NCBI RefSeq assembly: GCF_009914755.1
Contig: NC_060929.1
Length of the DNA stretch: 64,000 nucleotides
Reading direction: 5' to 3' (one strand)
DNA from: the human T2T-CHM13v2.0 reference genome, Homo sapiens
The notes under the pieces were generated by a model, which saw only the letters and a list, made by a program, of their open reading frames with translations, was not told where the DNA came from and searched no databases. Every line of letters begins with the position of its first letter. The stretch's first letter is position 1. Of this stretch, positions 41,532 through 57,460 are shown one piece after another. The position numbers and the translations under genes are program-made.

Positions 41532-42300
41532 CTGATATCTTATTCTTATTAAAACATCATACTGCTATAAAAATCCTTCTCAGTTATACTGTCTACTAGA
41601 TGCTTTCTTTGCCCTTTAGACCGAAGTAGCAGTCTCACTTTCATCTCTGCTCTGGGTTTAAACTTACTTGAAGTAAAATAAAAATAATGTCCAACTTCTT
41701 CACACATCAGCTTTCTTCATACGTGAAAACATTTGCTTTCTTACTTCAGAGCAATGATCTGATTATTCTCTTTTTAAAAATATAGTCTTGGAGGGCTAGG
41801 GTTCATTGGTATTTGCATTTCATTTATTTGGATTATACCCCTTTGAGAAAATGGCAAATCCTTTCAATATGCCAGCAGGAGAGGTGGTGTGCTTATATAC
41901 AAAAGCGGAAATTACTTTTGTTTTCAACAAATAATTTTTTTCATCTGGCTTTCCATCCAAACATGGATTTCTGTACAAACCATCAGTTGATTCTACCACA
42001 CAGTAAATTAGACGCAATTGTTTAATTGACAGGAAATTAGTTTGAATGGGTTTGGATTTTTTTTTTTCATTTTAAAGAAAAGAGTTCAGCCTCCAGGAAT
42101 ACCACTTTAAAATCAGAACTTAATTTCTTTTCAGAATTACAACCACTCAATCTTCTCTCGTTCCTTATTCTTTTTTTACTTAATAGTTTTCTAAATCATT
42201 TGTTAACTATTTTACAACTATAATACAACTTCATGAAGCAATCATAATACATAACAGTGAAGAGCTATTTATAAATACTAATCAAAAGGGAACAACCTAA

Positions 42301-43077
42301 TGATAGGAGCAGGAGGCAGGGAAATACTGGGTAGAAGAGGGCAGTCCCCAGTGAGGTCCACACCCTTAAGCCTGGAACTGCAGCCCAAAGTGAGAACATG
42401 CATTTGTTTTCCCGCTTGAATGTTGCTTTTTGGCCTGCCACCCCGCACCCCCAATCCTGTACCCATAAAAACCCCAGGCTCCACTGGCAGAGCAGCAGAC
42501 CAACAGAGTGGCAGGAAAGGAGAGAAGAGAAGAAGCACCTTGACATCAGCGAGAAGCAGCTTGACTTCAGAGCAATGGCTTGATGGCAGGACCTCAGAAA
42601 AGAGTTCAGCAGGGGATGGCCAAACTCCAGGGGAAGACCACCTTCCCACTCCATCCCCTTTCCAGCTCCCCTTCCTGCTGAGAGCCACTTTCATCAGCAA
42701 TAAAATCTTTCACATTTACTATCTTCAATTTTTTCGTGTGATCTGATTCTTCCTGGACGCTGAACAAGAGCTCTGATACAGAGGCTGTCACACTGAGCTA
42801 TTAAATATTTCAGCTGGCTGTCCACGGATAGCAAAGCTAAAAGAGCACTGTAACACATGGCCCCCGGGGCTCCAGGGGTCACAGGCACCCCCGACACTGC
42901 GGGGGCTACACGGAGTTCTGCCCCTGCTGGAGCCCAGAAGCACTTGTCGCAGCCCCTGCGCCCGTTCACCTGCATGCTCCCCCTCCCACAAGGGGTTGAG
43001 AGCTGAGTAAGGGGCTGAGTAAATGAGCCACTCCCTTCATGAGTCCCACAAAGGGGTCAGGGAAATTGCCTGTTTCA
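42301..43077 (+). mobile_element. Complete ERV1 solo LTR (LTR1/HUERS-type), 777 bp
   Basis: TG...CA termini, 4-bp TSD ctaa, TATA-like cccataaaa near 42462, AATAAA near 42699. Confidence 0.88.
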
Positions 43078-43365
43078 CTAACATTTTGATATTCATGTAG
43101 AGTATTATCCACCAAATAAATGGTTATCACCTGGTTTGGCTAGTCAACCATTTTGTGTGTTAAATACACAATACCCTCCACTTTCTCCAAGTCAATTTTG
43201 CACTCATTTGCTGTGTTTAAAGATATTCTTAATTGACATGTAACTTCTAGTAGAAAATGGGAGGTACTAAACAGTACTGGAGAGATTTTTTTTTTTTTTG
43301 AGACTGTAACGTTCGGTATTGATAGGAAAAAGGAATCTCTCTACCTTCTGCATCTAAAGTGAAAG

Positions 43366-43530
43366 TTTATTTTTTATTTGTACAAATTTATGGGGTACCT
43401 ATGCAATTTTGTTACATGCATAGATTGCATAGTAGTAAAGTCAGGGCTTTTTTAGGGTATCATTACCCAAATAACATACATTGTACCCATTAAGTAAATT
43501 ATCATCATCCACCTCTCCCTGACAACCTCC
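43366..43530 (-). mobile_element. L1MA 3' terminal fragment
   Basis: tttgtacaaatttatggggtac..tgcaattttgttacatgcatagattgcatagt. Confidence 0.8.
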
Positions 43531-43579
43531 TGCTTTTATTTTTTACAGATTACCTTGTGGTGATATTGAATTAAATAGG

Positions 43580-43720
43580 TCAGAGCATGTAGTGTAGCAG
43601 AAAGCACATTATAGTTGAAATCAGAAAACCTTTCTGGCATGTGATCTTGGAGAGGTCACTTGACTTTTCTGGAATTAGTTTCATCATCAGTGAAATGAGG
43701 ACATAGACTAGATTTCTTTA
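43580..43720 (+). mobile_element. MIR SINE
   Basis: gtagtgtagcagaaagcac..tgtgatcttggagaggtcacttgac..agtttcatcatcagtgaaatgagg. Confidence 0.65.
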
Positions 43721-44034
43721 TAGATGTAAGTTTCTAATAATCCATTTTATTAAGTATAAATCCTTTTTATTAGGGCACTTTATTTTATACATTCGCTGGA
43801 AAATAACAATAGCCAACAGACACCATGCTGAATATTTTATTGTCTTGTTTAATTTACTTCTTAAAATATGGAATATATGTATCTCCATTATACTTCTAGG
43901 AAAATGGAGGTTCAAGTTAGAATATTGTAAAAGGTTCAGAACAACCTCTCTATGTAGAGCGCTTTAGGGAGGTGATTGTGAATCAGCCATGGTTGTAAAT
44001 TAGACTTAGTGCAGTGCTTCTCAATCTTGCATTT

Positions 44035-44598
44035 CGTGATGATTAATATTGAGTGTCAACTTGATTGGATTGAAGGATGCAACATATTGTTCCTGGGTGT
44101 GTCTGTGTCTGTGAGGGTATTGCCAAAGGAGGTTAACATTTGGTCAGTGGAGCTAGAGAGGCAGGCCCACCCTCAATCTGGGTGGACTCTATCTAATCAG
44201 CTGCCAGCATGGCTGGACTAAAACAGGCAGGAAAAGATGGAAGAGCAGACTTGCTGAGTCTTCCAGTCCTCATCTTTCTCCTGTGCTGGATGCTTCCTGC
44301 CCTCAAATATCAGACTTCAAGTTCTTCAGCTTTCAGACTCTTGGACTTACACCACTGGCTTGCCAGGGGCTCTCAGGCCTTTGGCCAAAGACTGAAGGCT
44401 GCACTGTCAGCTTCCCTACTTTTGAGGTTTGGGGACTCAGACTGATCCACCACTGGCTTCCTTGCTCCTCAACCTGCAGATGGCATATCGTGGGACTTTA
44501 CTTTGTGATCGTGTGAGCCAATTCTCCTTAATAAACTCCTTTTCATTTATACATATATCCTATTAGCTTTGTCCCTCTAAAGAACCATGATTAATACA
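44035..44598 (+). mobile_element. MLT2A (HERV-L) solo LTR inserted in a MER5-type element
   Basis: gtgatgattaatattgagtgtcaacttgattggattgaaggatgc...taataca; MER5 halves at ~44012-44034 and ~44599-44740. Confidence 0.92.
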
Positions 44599-46848
44599 CA
44601 CACATATTTAAATCCCCAGAGGATCCTGCTAAAACTCTGATTCCAATTTAGTATGTTTAAGATGGGTTTGAGATTCTGCATCTCTAGCAGGCTTCTGGGT
44701 TTTGCCAATGTTGCTCATCTGTGGGCCACACTTGGAGTGACCATCAGATTGAGGAAGTTTCCTTCTAGTCCTAGTTTGCTGCAATGTTTATCAGAAACGC
44801 ATGTTGGATTTTGTCAAGTGCTTTTTTTTGCATATATTGATATGATCATATACTTTCCTTGAATAGTCTGCTGAAATGATAAATTACATTGATTGATTTT
44901 CTATTGTTAAAAAAATGCATTCCTGACAAAAACTACATTTGGTCATGATGTATCATACTTTTTATATATGCTGAATTCAGGGTGTTATTTTTTTATTTTT
45001 TGTAACTATGTTAATGAAGGGTATTGGACTGTTTTCCTTTCTTGAAACCTTTTTACCTGATTTGGTATAAGAATAATGCTGGTTCATAGAATGAGTTGGG
45101 AAGTATTCACTCCTCTTCAATTTTCTGGAAGAATTTGTATAGAATATGTTTTTTTTAATATTTAGTAGAATTTACTAGTGAAGCCATCTGGGTCTGGACT
45201 TTTCTTTGTGGGAAGGTTTTTTAACTACAAATTTATTTTAATGTTATCTATTTCTTTTTGATTGAGCTTTGCTAGTTTGTGTCTTTCAAGGAATTGGCTC
45301 ATTTCATCTAATTTGTCCAATTAATCGGCATAGAGTTGTTCATAATATCTTTTATCTTTTTGATATCTTTATGATTTATAGTGAAGAAATGTCTTTCATT
45401 CTTATTATTGGTTGTGTTTTCTTTCTTTTTTACTGATCTGTCTGGTTAGAGGTTTAGCAATTATATCAATATTCTCAAAGAACTGGCTTTTAGTTTCATT
45501 GATTTTCTCTATTATTTTTCCCTTTTCTAATTCATTGATTTCCACTCAGACTTTTATTATTTCTTTTCTTCTGCTTACTCTGCACCTAATAAGCTTGTCT
45601 TTTCTAACTTCTTAAGGTGGAAACTGAGGTCATTGATTAGAGAACTTCCTTTTTTTTAGGCATTGAAAGCTATAAATTTTCTTCTATATATGACTTTAGC
45701 TGCACCAGAAAGTTTGATATGTCGTGTTTCCATTTTTGTTCAGTTCAAAATACTTCGTATTTTAAAAATTTTTTTCTTTGACCCATAGGTTATTTAGAAG
45801 TGTATAATATGATTTGCATATCTGAGAATTTTCCAGATATCTTTGTTATTGATTTCTTAGTTAATTCCACCATGGGCAGAAAATATATTTCGTATGACTT
45901 GAATTATTTAAAAATTTTTTGTCTTTAATTTTATTGAAATATGTTTTATGGCCCAGAATATACTGTGTTTTCATCAATGTTCAGTGTGCACTTGAAATTA
46001 ATGTGTATTCTGGTGCTGTAAGGTGGAGTGGTCAATAAATGTCAATTAGATCAGGTTGGTTGATAATCTTCAAGTCTACTACATTCTTACCGATTTCTGT
46101 CTTTGTATTTATTGATTGTTGAGACTAGGTTTTGAAATCTCTGACCATGATTGTGGATATGTCTGTATCTTGCAATTCTATTGATTTTTGCTCCATATAT
46201 TTTGAGGTTGTGTTACCTAATACATAAATAATAAATACAATTATGTCCTTCTAAAGAATTGACCCTTTTATCATTATGAAATGACCCTCTTTATATCTGA
46301 CAATATTCTTTGCTCTGAAATCTATGTCTTGTATAAATAAGGTCATTCAAACTGAATTTTTATTAGTTATATAACATATGTTTGTCCAGTCTTCTAATTT
46401 ATAGACTATTTTTGTCTTTATATTTAAAGTATAATTATGTTCTTTTTAATTCATTTGGACAATCTCTGCCAAATTTGTTTAAACAATTTGCATTAAATGT
46501 GACTGTTGATATGATTGGGTTAAATCTACCATCTTATTTTTGATTTCTATTTATCCCATTTGTTATTTGTTAACATTTTTCCTATTTTTCTGTATGCTTT
46601 TGAATGAATTGAGTAGTTATATGATCTTATTTTATCTTCATTGCTGGCTTATTCAGTATACCTTGATATATTATTCTTTAGTGGCAATTCCAGAATTTAT
46701 AGTATACAAATTTTACTTATCACAGTCTACCTTCCAATAATACTATTCTATTTCCCATTTAGTATAGGAACTTTCAACACTATTTCTCCCTTTCTCCCTT
46801 CCTATCTTTTAGGCTATCGATCGAAGTCATATATTTTAGTTCTATATA

Positions 46849-47211
46849 CAGATGCTTGTCAACTTAACAATGGGATTACATGCTACCCAATAAATTCATC
46901 ACAGCTAAAAATGTCACAAGTCGAAAATGCGCTTAATATACCTAGCCTACCAAACATCGTAGTTTAGCCTAGCCTACCTGAAACATGCTCAGATCACTTA
47001 CAGTAGCCTATAGTTGAACAAAATCAGCTGACACAAGGCCTATTTTATAACAAAGTGTTGAATATCTCATGTAATTTAGTAAATACTGAAAGTGAAAAAC
47101 AATGATTATGTGGGTTCTCAAGTAAGGTTTCTACTGAATGTGTGTCACTTTTGCACCATTGTAAAGTAGAAAAATTGTTAAGTCAAACCATTTAAAGCTG
47201 GGAATTGTCTT
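46849..47211 (+). mobile_element. MER47A (Tigger5 family) DNA transposon
   Basis: ta-cagatgct..tttagcctagcctacc..gtcaaacc..gggaattgtct, with TA target sites. Confidence 0.85.
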
Positions 47212-49155
47212 TATACTACAGAGTATACCTGTTATTTTTGTTTTAAGTGAGTAATTTTTTTCCATAAAGTTTTCTTTCATTTAAAAGATCATTCACAAAG
47301 ATTGTATCCATAGATTTACTTTCAGTCATATAGCTAAAGTATTTGGAATTCCATTCTTACATTTAAAAGGCAACTGGATTGCCTAGAAGTTTAGATGAAT
47401 TCTTTTTGTTCTTTACTTTTTCCACATTGAAGATGTAATTAGGTCATCTGAAAACATTAGGTTTGATTATAACTACATAGTGCATGTTATTCTTAAGTAT
47501 TAGTATAACATTGCACAAATGGTTCTTATCTCCAAAGCAGAGAAGATCACAGGTGGAAGGAAGGAAAGGAGAGAGAGTTCCGTAAATTGCTGAGAACTTG
47601 TAACATAAACAATGTAAGAGAAGCCAAGGATGACAGCCAGTGATGAGCTATTATCTAAGCGCACCACACTGCACAAGCCAGGCTAGCCCTCAGCTCTGCA
47701 GTCATCCTAGTGAGGGTCTGCTTTCCTTAGGTTTCTAGCTGCTAACTGACCCTAAACTGCTCCCAATGGGACAGACTGCGACTCAAATGCTTAGAAATTT
47801 TTCATTTGTTTACACACCGGTGTGTAAGCTCAAAAGCTATTGCCTAACCTTCTACTCCTGGGTGAGTGCTAAATGCTGTAGATGAGAACAATAAACTTTG
47901 TCCCAAAGATGAGGCAGCATACCTGAAAATTTATTGTCATCTACAGTTATTTTAAGGTTCTTGACAGCTCCACTTAGTAAAAATTTCAATTCATCAAGTG
48001 AAATAAAGTGTCAGATTCTAGGCCCATTTTCACTATGAATTAACAGGACAGTGGGAAGCACAGCATCTCATTATGCTACTTATACTAAAGAACAGATGAA
48101 CACAAGAGAGATGAAAAGCACAAGGACAACAGAGATTTGGGGGAGAAGCACTGTCAGCCTTATAAAGTTAGCCCAGTGCAGCTCCAGCACCACCAAAATG
48201 GGTGATTATTTTCTAAAAGCCCTTAAGTATTCAGAAAAAAACCTTTACATAAACCCATATAGTTGTGATTTCTGTGGCTTTCATTCCTTTGTAAAGATTC
48301 ATATTTCCATCTGGTATCATTTTCCTTGAAGGATTTCCTTTACCATTTCTTATGGTGCAGCTTTGCTAATTTAAAAATAAAAGCTATTTTAGCTTTTATA
48401 TTTAGGAAAGATTCTTTATTCTACTTTCTTTTACAAAGATATTTTCACTGCTTAAAGAATTCTAAGTTGCTAAGGTTTTTTTCTTTCACTCAGTATTTTA
48501 AAGATCCTGTCCGCTTTCTTCCAGCGTGAATTGTTTCTGATGTAAAATCTGCTGTCTTCTTTATGACTGTTCCTCTGTATATAATGTCTCTATTTTCTTC
48601 TGGCTCCTTTGATCTCTGTTAATCAAAATGTGTCTTGATGTAGTTTTCATTATATTTCTCGTGCTTGAGGTTTATGGAGATTCTTGGATCTGTGGGCTAA
48701 TAGTTTCATCAGTTTAGACAATTTTTCTCAATTATGTCTTCAAATATGTTTTATGTCTCACCCCTCTCAACTCTCTTTTGGTTACTCTAATTATTTGGTC
48801 ATTTGATGTCATCCCACAGATCACTATGCTCTGGTTTTTGTTGTTATCATTGTTTAGCATTTTTTCTCTGTTTTTTTTTTTTTTTGTGGGAGTGGTGGGG
48901 AGGGAGGCAGGCTGTTTCTATTGCTATACTTTTAAGCTTCTTAATCTTTTCTATTGAAATGTCTATTCCGCTATTAGTCCCATCCAATGAATGTTTTAAT
49001 CACACAGTGTGGTTTTTATGTGTACAAATTAAATTTTGGTTATTTTTATATTTTATATATTATAAATATATATAATATATAATATATAAATATATATTTT
49101 ATTTATATATTAACTTTTTCAATCTTGCCTCTAGCTTCTTTGGCTTATGGAATAC

Positions 49156-49519
49156 TGATACGGTTTGGCTGTGTCCCGACCCAAATCTTGAATTCTAGCT
49201 CCCATAATTCTCATGTGTCATGGGAGGGATCTGGTGGGAGGTAATTGAATCATGGGGGCAGGTCTTTCTTGGGCCATTCTCGTGATAGTGAATAAGTCCC
49301 ACAAGATCTGACGGTTTTATAAAGGGGAGTTCCCTGCATAAATTCTCTCTTGCCGTCCACCATGTAAGATGTCCCTCTGCTCTTCCTTGATTGTGAGGCC
49401 ACCATGATTGTGAGGCCTCCCCAGCCATGCAGAACTGTGAGTCAATTAAACCTCTTTCCTTTATAAATTACCCAGTCTCAGGTATGTCTTTATCAGCAGT
49501 GTGAAAATGGACTAATACA
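49156..49519 (+). mobile_element. THE1B/C solo LTR
   Basis: tgatacggtttggctgtgtcc...gactaataca; perfect 5-bp TSD aatac. Confidence 0.95.
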
Positions 49520-49973
49520 AATACAAATATAGTAATGATTGCTTAAGTATCCTAATCTACCAGTTCCATCATCTGTGTCAACTACAGATCAGGGTCATTT
49601 CCATATGAGTGATTGATCTTCTAATTATTTTCTTATGTTTTTTTTTTTGGCATGTCTTTAGGTTCAAGACATTGTGAATTGTACCTTGCTGAGTGCTAGA
49701 TATTTTTCAGTTACTTTGTTCTTGATGGATCTTATTTTTAAGCTTTATTAGAAGAATCCCAGCAGCATTTCATTTAGGGTTAATTTTTTCCGCACAATTT
49801 TTGCAACACTCTTCTTAGTTCTCTAGCAGATGTCCTCTGAATTGTGAGGTTTTCCCCTGTAGCTGTTGGAAACAGGCAGTATTTCTGGCCCCTTGTGAGT
49901 TCCGCTTACTATTTCCCCCTATTCTTTCAGGAAAATTTTTCTTCAGGTTTGGGTACTTTCCTCACACACATGC

Positions 49974-52552
<2,579 letters not shown>

Positions 52553-53099
52553 CATGCCCTAATCTGGACTCAGCTGAATGAATACTCTCAAGGGGGGGTT
52601 CCTCTATAGATATCCGGAGTTCTCTGTGCAGCCTTCTCCTCTCTGGTACTCTGCTCTGTGATCTCTTACTACTTTGGTGTCCCCAGACTCACAGCTGGCT
52701 CTCCAGCTCATGAGATCACTGGACTCTGCCTGGGTTCCCTGTCCTTGCACTGTGACCTGGAAACTTTCTCCAGGCAGTAAGCAGGGCCATTGTTTGGCTC
52801 ACTTAATTTGTTTTTCATATCTCAGACATCCTTCTCCCTGTGATGTCCAATGTCTTGAGAGTTGTTGTTTTATATATTTTGTCTGGTATTTTAGTTGTTT
52901 CAGTCATAAGGGTAAATACAATATCTATTCCTCCAGCAGAAATGGGTTTTCCAGAGTTGTTTGTGAAACATAAATAATTTTACATTAGTATCTTGCTGCA
53001 AACCTTCTAATAGCTTCCTTTCGAAGACTTCTTACTAACTTATCCACATCCACAGATTCTACATATTCTAATCTGTGCTTACCTTTCAGAGCTTATCTA

Positions 53100-54052
53100 C
53101 CATTCTCACCCCACTTTGTTCTCAAAGGGTGTCTTGTTTTTTCCCAATATGCCAAGCTTGTTCCTGCCTCAAGGCCTTTGCTATAGCACAGCAGTCCCCA
53201 ACCTTTTTGGCACCAGGGACCAGTTTCGTGGAAGACAATTTTTCCACAGACCAGGGACGGGGGATGGTTTCAGAATGAACCTAGCACATTATATTTATTG
53301 TGTAATTTATTTCTATTATTATTACATTGTAATATAAAATGAAATAGTTATGCAACTCACCAAAATGTAGAATCAGTGGGAGCCCTGAGCTTGTTTTGCT
53401 GCAACTAGATGGTTCCATTTGGGGGGTGATGGGAAACAGTGACAGATCATCAGGCATTAGATTCTCATAAGGAACATGCAACCTATATCCCTGGCATGTG
53501 CAGTTCACAGTAGGTTTCCTGCTCCTAAGAGAATCTAATGCCCCTGCTGATCTGACCAGAGGTGGAGCTCAGACAGTAATGCAATGGAAAACAGCTGTAA
53601 ACAGAGATGAAGCTTCACTTGCCCGCCACTCACCTCCTGCTGTGCAGCCCACTTCCTAATAGGCCACCAGTACCATGGCCTGGGTGTTCGGGACCCGTGC
53701 TATAGCAAACCTGTCCACCTGGTCCATCTTTTCCCCACATTTTCCAATAGCTGACTCCATCTCTACTTAAGAGTCCACTCAAATATCACCTCCTCAGCAG
53801 GGCCATTTTATCTAAAATAGGTGTGTGTCATCCCCTCACTATATTTCTTTAACTGCTGAGCTTTTCTAATGAGCCCTTATTCCTGACATTATTTTATATA
53901 ATTAACTTATTTGCTTATTTTCTGTTTTCCCTATAAAATAAGGGAAAGGACTTTGTCTTATTCACTACTCTATCCTTAGAGCTTACAACATTGCTTGGCA
54001 CTTAGTAGATGATCATTACGTATTCATTGAATGGATGGCTGGATGGATGAAT
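53100..54052 (+). mobile_element. L2 3' end interrupted by MER1A
   Basis: ttcctgcctcaaggcctttgc..aaatatcacctcctcag..ttgtcttattcact..ttgaatggatgg tail. Confidence 0.75.
53189..53699 (+). mobile_element. MER1A hAT-Charlie DNA transposon
   Basis: cagcagtccccaacctttttggcaccagggacc...ggacccgtg; perfect 8-bp TSD ctatagca. Confidence 0.93.
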
Positions 54053-56111
54053 AGAACCTCAAAATTAAAGGGCAATAGAGAGGACCCTATACACAGGAAT
54101 TCGGGTACTGGTTCACATCTCAGACAGTTCTTGTGTCATCAGCCAATAGCATGTGGCTGAAGAAAGAAATGTGTTTTTGTAGGAAACGGTAGTTTAAAAA
54201 TTACTGTCTTCTTGCCTTTTCTGAATTCAAAGGAATTCCACAGTCCAGCAGTCAGAGGCTGGGAGTGTTGAAGATTTGCTCTAAGGACCTTCGACCCTGA
54301 TTTTTGTTTCTTGTTGCTTCAGCTGTTGTTTTTCTTTCCTTTCATCTGAGAAAATCCTCTATGTGGCTCAAAAGGCAGGTTCCCTACCCCTATGGATGGC
54401 TGCATTCATGGTTCTTTTGTCTTAAGTCCTATAGGGATGCTTACTTTTGCCTGTTTGGCCCAATGCCCCATTACCTTTGTAGCGCCCGTCACATCTTTGT
54501 CACTTTATAAGGCATAAAAATAAGTCTTCAGAGCAAAATTTCCACGCTACCTTTCAAAGTCATCTTTGGGAAAACATTTTTTTCTCCACTAATACATCTG
54601 TCATAAGGCCCTAAAATTTGTCTGAAGTCATTCTTTCACTGGAGTTTATTGCTGAAATGCCAAACATCCTCAAAGATGGCATGCTCTGTGCTCCATACTA
54701 TAGTTTCAAGACACAAAATTGCCAAGTTGCTATTAGATATGATTAGACTGATGCACTGAATACTCTTAACCAAATTTTAAATACAAAAATGTATATTTTT
54801 CTTGATGAAAGCAATTCTGCTAGGAAGTGAATATGTGGATTTTATCCATCTGTCTTATTTATAAATATATGCATTTATAAAACATAAACCTGGAGGGAAG
54901 ATTCTCTCATTCCCCACCCCAAACCCTGCAAAATAAACAAGTTGAATGTCTTATCAAGTTATGCACTGATCGGGGTATATTTACTCCGACATGATTTCCC
55001 AAAAATGTTGCTATAGCAGGACTGCTGGGGAGGAGATATCTATATATGAGGAGACAGTACCTGATTAATTCTTTGGGCAGAGAGAGAGGCACTGGATTTA
55101 CAAGTCGAGATTTCCTGACTTGAAAACTCCTATTTCCTTGGTTACATATGATTACATTCCTTCAGGAATGTTTACGATGAAAGCTTTTCATGAATTGACC
55201 TGGGAACCTAACCACCACATATTATATTGTTTCTATAGGAGAGACATAATATTTGTACAAATAACTACATTATATCTGAACTTTTGAAACACAAATTCTT
55301 TATAAGCTGAAAGCCATCTATATTCAGGGAACAAAAAAACATAATAGCCAGTAAGTGCCCTTCGGAAGAAGAAACAGCACTTGCTTCCATAGAACAAAGT
55401 AAATCCAAGGAATGGAGAAGTGGTCTGGATTGTAGTCTAGTGGAGAGTAGTAGATTGGGTTGGGGACCTGACTCCTTGTCCTATCTCTTTTGCTGCTAGC
55501 CTCACTTGGCTGTGGATGGCTGCTGCTCAGCCATCTATCAGCCCATGGTATCAGCCTAGATCTGCTCTCTGATCCCCAAAGGCTTAAGGACCAAAAGAAT
55601 GGCTGGATGGGGCCCTATTGTTACCCCGTTACCCCCTTGTAACCACTGAATCGTGTCTTTCCAGTTTCAGAAGTGGGAGTCTGTACCTACAAGTCTCCTG
55701 CGTCCAGCAGTCTGCAGAGGTCATCCTCAGGAACAAGATCTAGACAAAATGGAGAAGGTTGATTTAGTCTCTAGTTCCCCTTTCCTGTCCCTATCCTGGT
55801 GTTGTCCTTCCTGATACCCCAACATTCCCTCTGACTTTGCGGCCTTTTCTTCCTCTTTTAAAATACCCAGAATGGTTAAAGTGACTCAAATCAGCTCCAT
55901 ATACTCCTTCTTTCTGAAGTGTGTGCCTTATAACACAGAACAAGGTCAATGTTGGATTAAGCCAAAGGAAGACATCTCAAATTGTAGAATTTTTGTGCAT
56001 TAAGGTGTAGGTAAGGGAGGAACTCAGGGGAAAGTGGATTTTTCCAGCACCCAAGAAATTATACTATATAAATGGCTAATCCATCTTACCTGCCCTTTAA
56101 GAGGCTGATAA

Positions 56112-56459
<348 letters not shown>

Positions 56460-57267
56460 AAATCTCTGAGAGTTTTAAAGACATACATGATGGCACAGGC
56501 CCTGCCCATAAAGATTCTGACTTCACTGATCCAAGTGGAACGTGGGTATTGATATAGTATTTTTAAAGTTTTGCCAGTAATTCTAACAGTGAGCCAGAAT
56601 TGAAAACTATTTTATGTAGGTGCAAAAGCTCCTGTGCCCTTCCCTCCAGAGACTCTTCTCTCCCATCCCTACCCTGGACTCTAGACCCCTAGCAGGCCTG
56701 ACAATTCTTCATTTTTCCTTCTCTTCTCACCTCTCTTTCCCTGCTCCACAGGGCTGAGTGGGCAAGTGTGTCTGTGCCCAACAGCCCTGTGATGGACCGG
56801 GAGTACTTCCTTGCCTACGAAGGAGTTTCTCTACAGGAGAAGGGTGTGTCCGCAGAGCAGCTGATTTGCCTCTGTGGGCCTGAGCAGGCAGAATGAAGCC
56901 TGCAGGGTAGGATAACATGTTCCTTATTCTTTGAGAATGTTCCTTAGGAGATAGACTTGCCAGGGGGATTTTCTGAGCAATTTGATTCCAATTACAACTT
57001 ATTTCTGCCTCTTTAAGGACCACAAATCAATACAGCAGTTTCTATTTTAAGTCAATGAGCTTGAGCATTGGTACTAATGTTTTATGTGCTGACAAATCTA
57101 TACATTTACTCAGATATTTTCAGAAAACTTTGATCATATCTCTTTTTGCAAATTCTTGAGAAAGGTATGCACATCAAATGGATATTTGAATGAATTAGGT
57201 AAAGTTTCCTGGTTCACAGCACTTGATTAATTAATTGTTCCTGCAGAAAACAGAATTCACTTGGGCC

Positions 57268-57460
57268 AGTTTCTTAATGGTTTCCAATTCTGACTGTACA
57301 TGGAATCATCTCCAGAGTTTTTTAAAAATTTCTAATTGCCAGGCCCCATCCCAGAGGAAAAAAAAATGTCTGGGAATGGGGCCCACGCAATGGTACTTCT
57401 GAACAATGCCCCAGGCCTGGAGATTTCTGTGTGGAGACAGGGTTGGAAGTTGCCACTCCT
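57268..57460. mobile_element. MER5-type hAT remnant
   Basis: ggaatcatctccagagtttttaaaaa..gccaggccccatcccaga..gtctgggaatggggccc. Confidence 0.55.

Noticed and set aside
42265-42991. Multiple overlapping ORFs up to 140 aa
   Set aside because: They fall within a GC-rich solo LTR, where stop codons are scarce
49040-49112. AT-only quasi-palindromic tract
   Set aside because: Low-complexity (TA)n-like sequence whose symmetry follows from its composition
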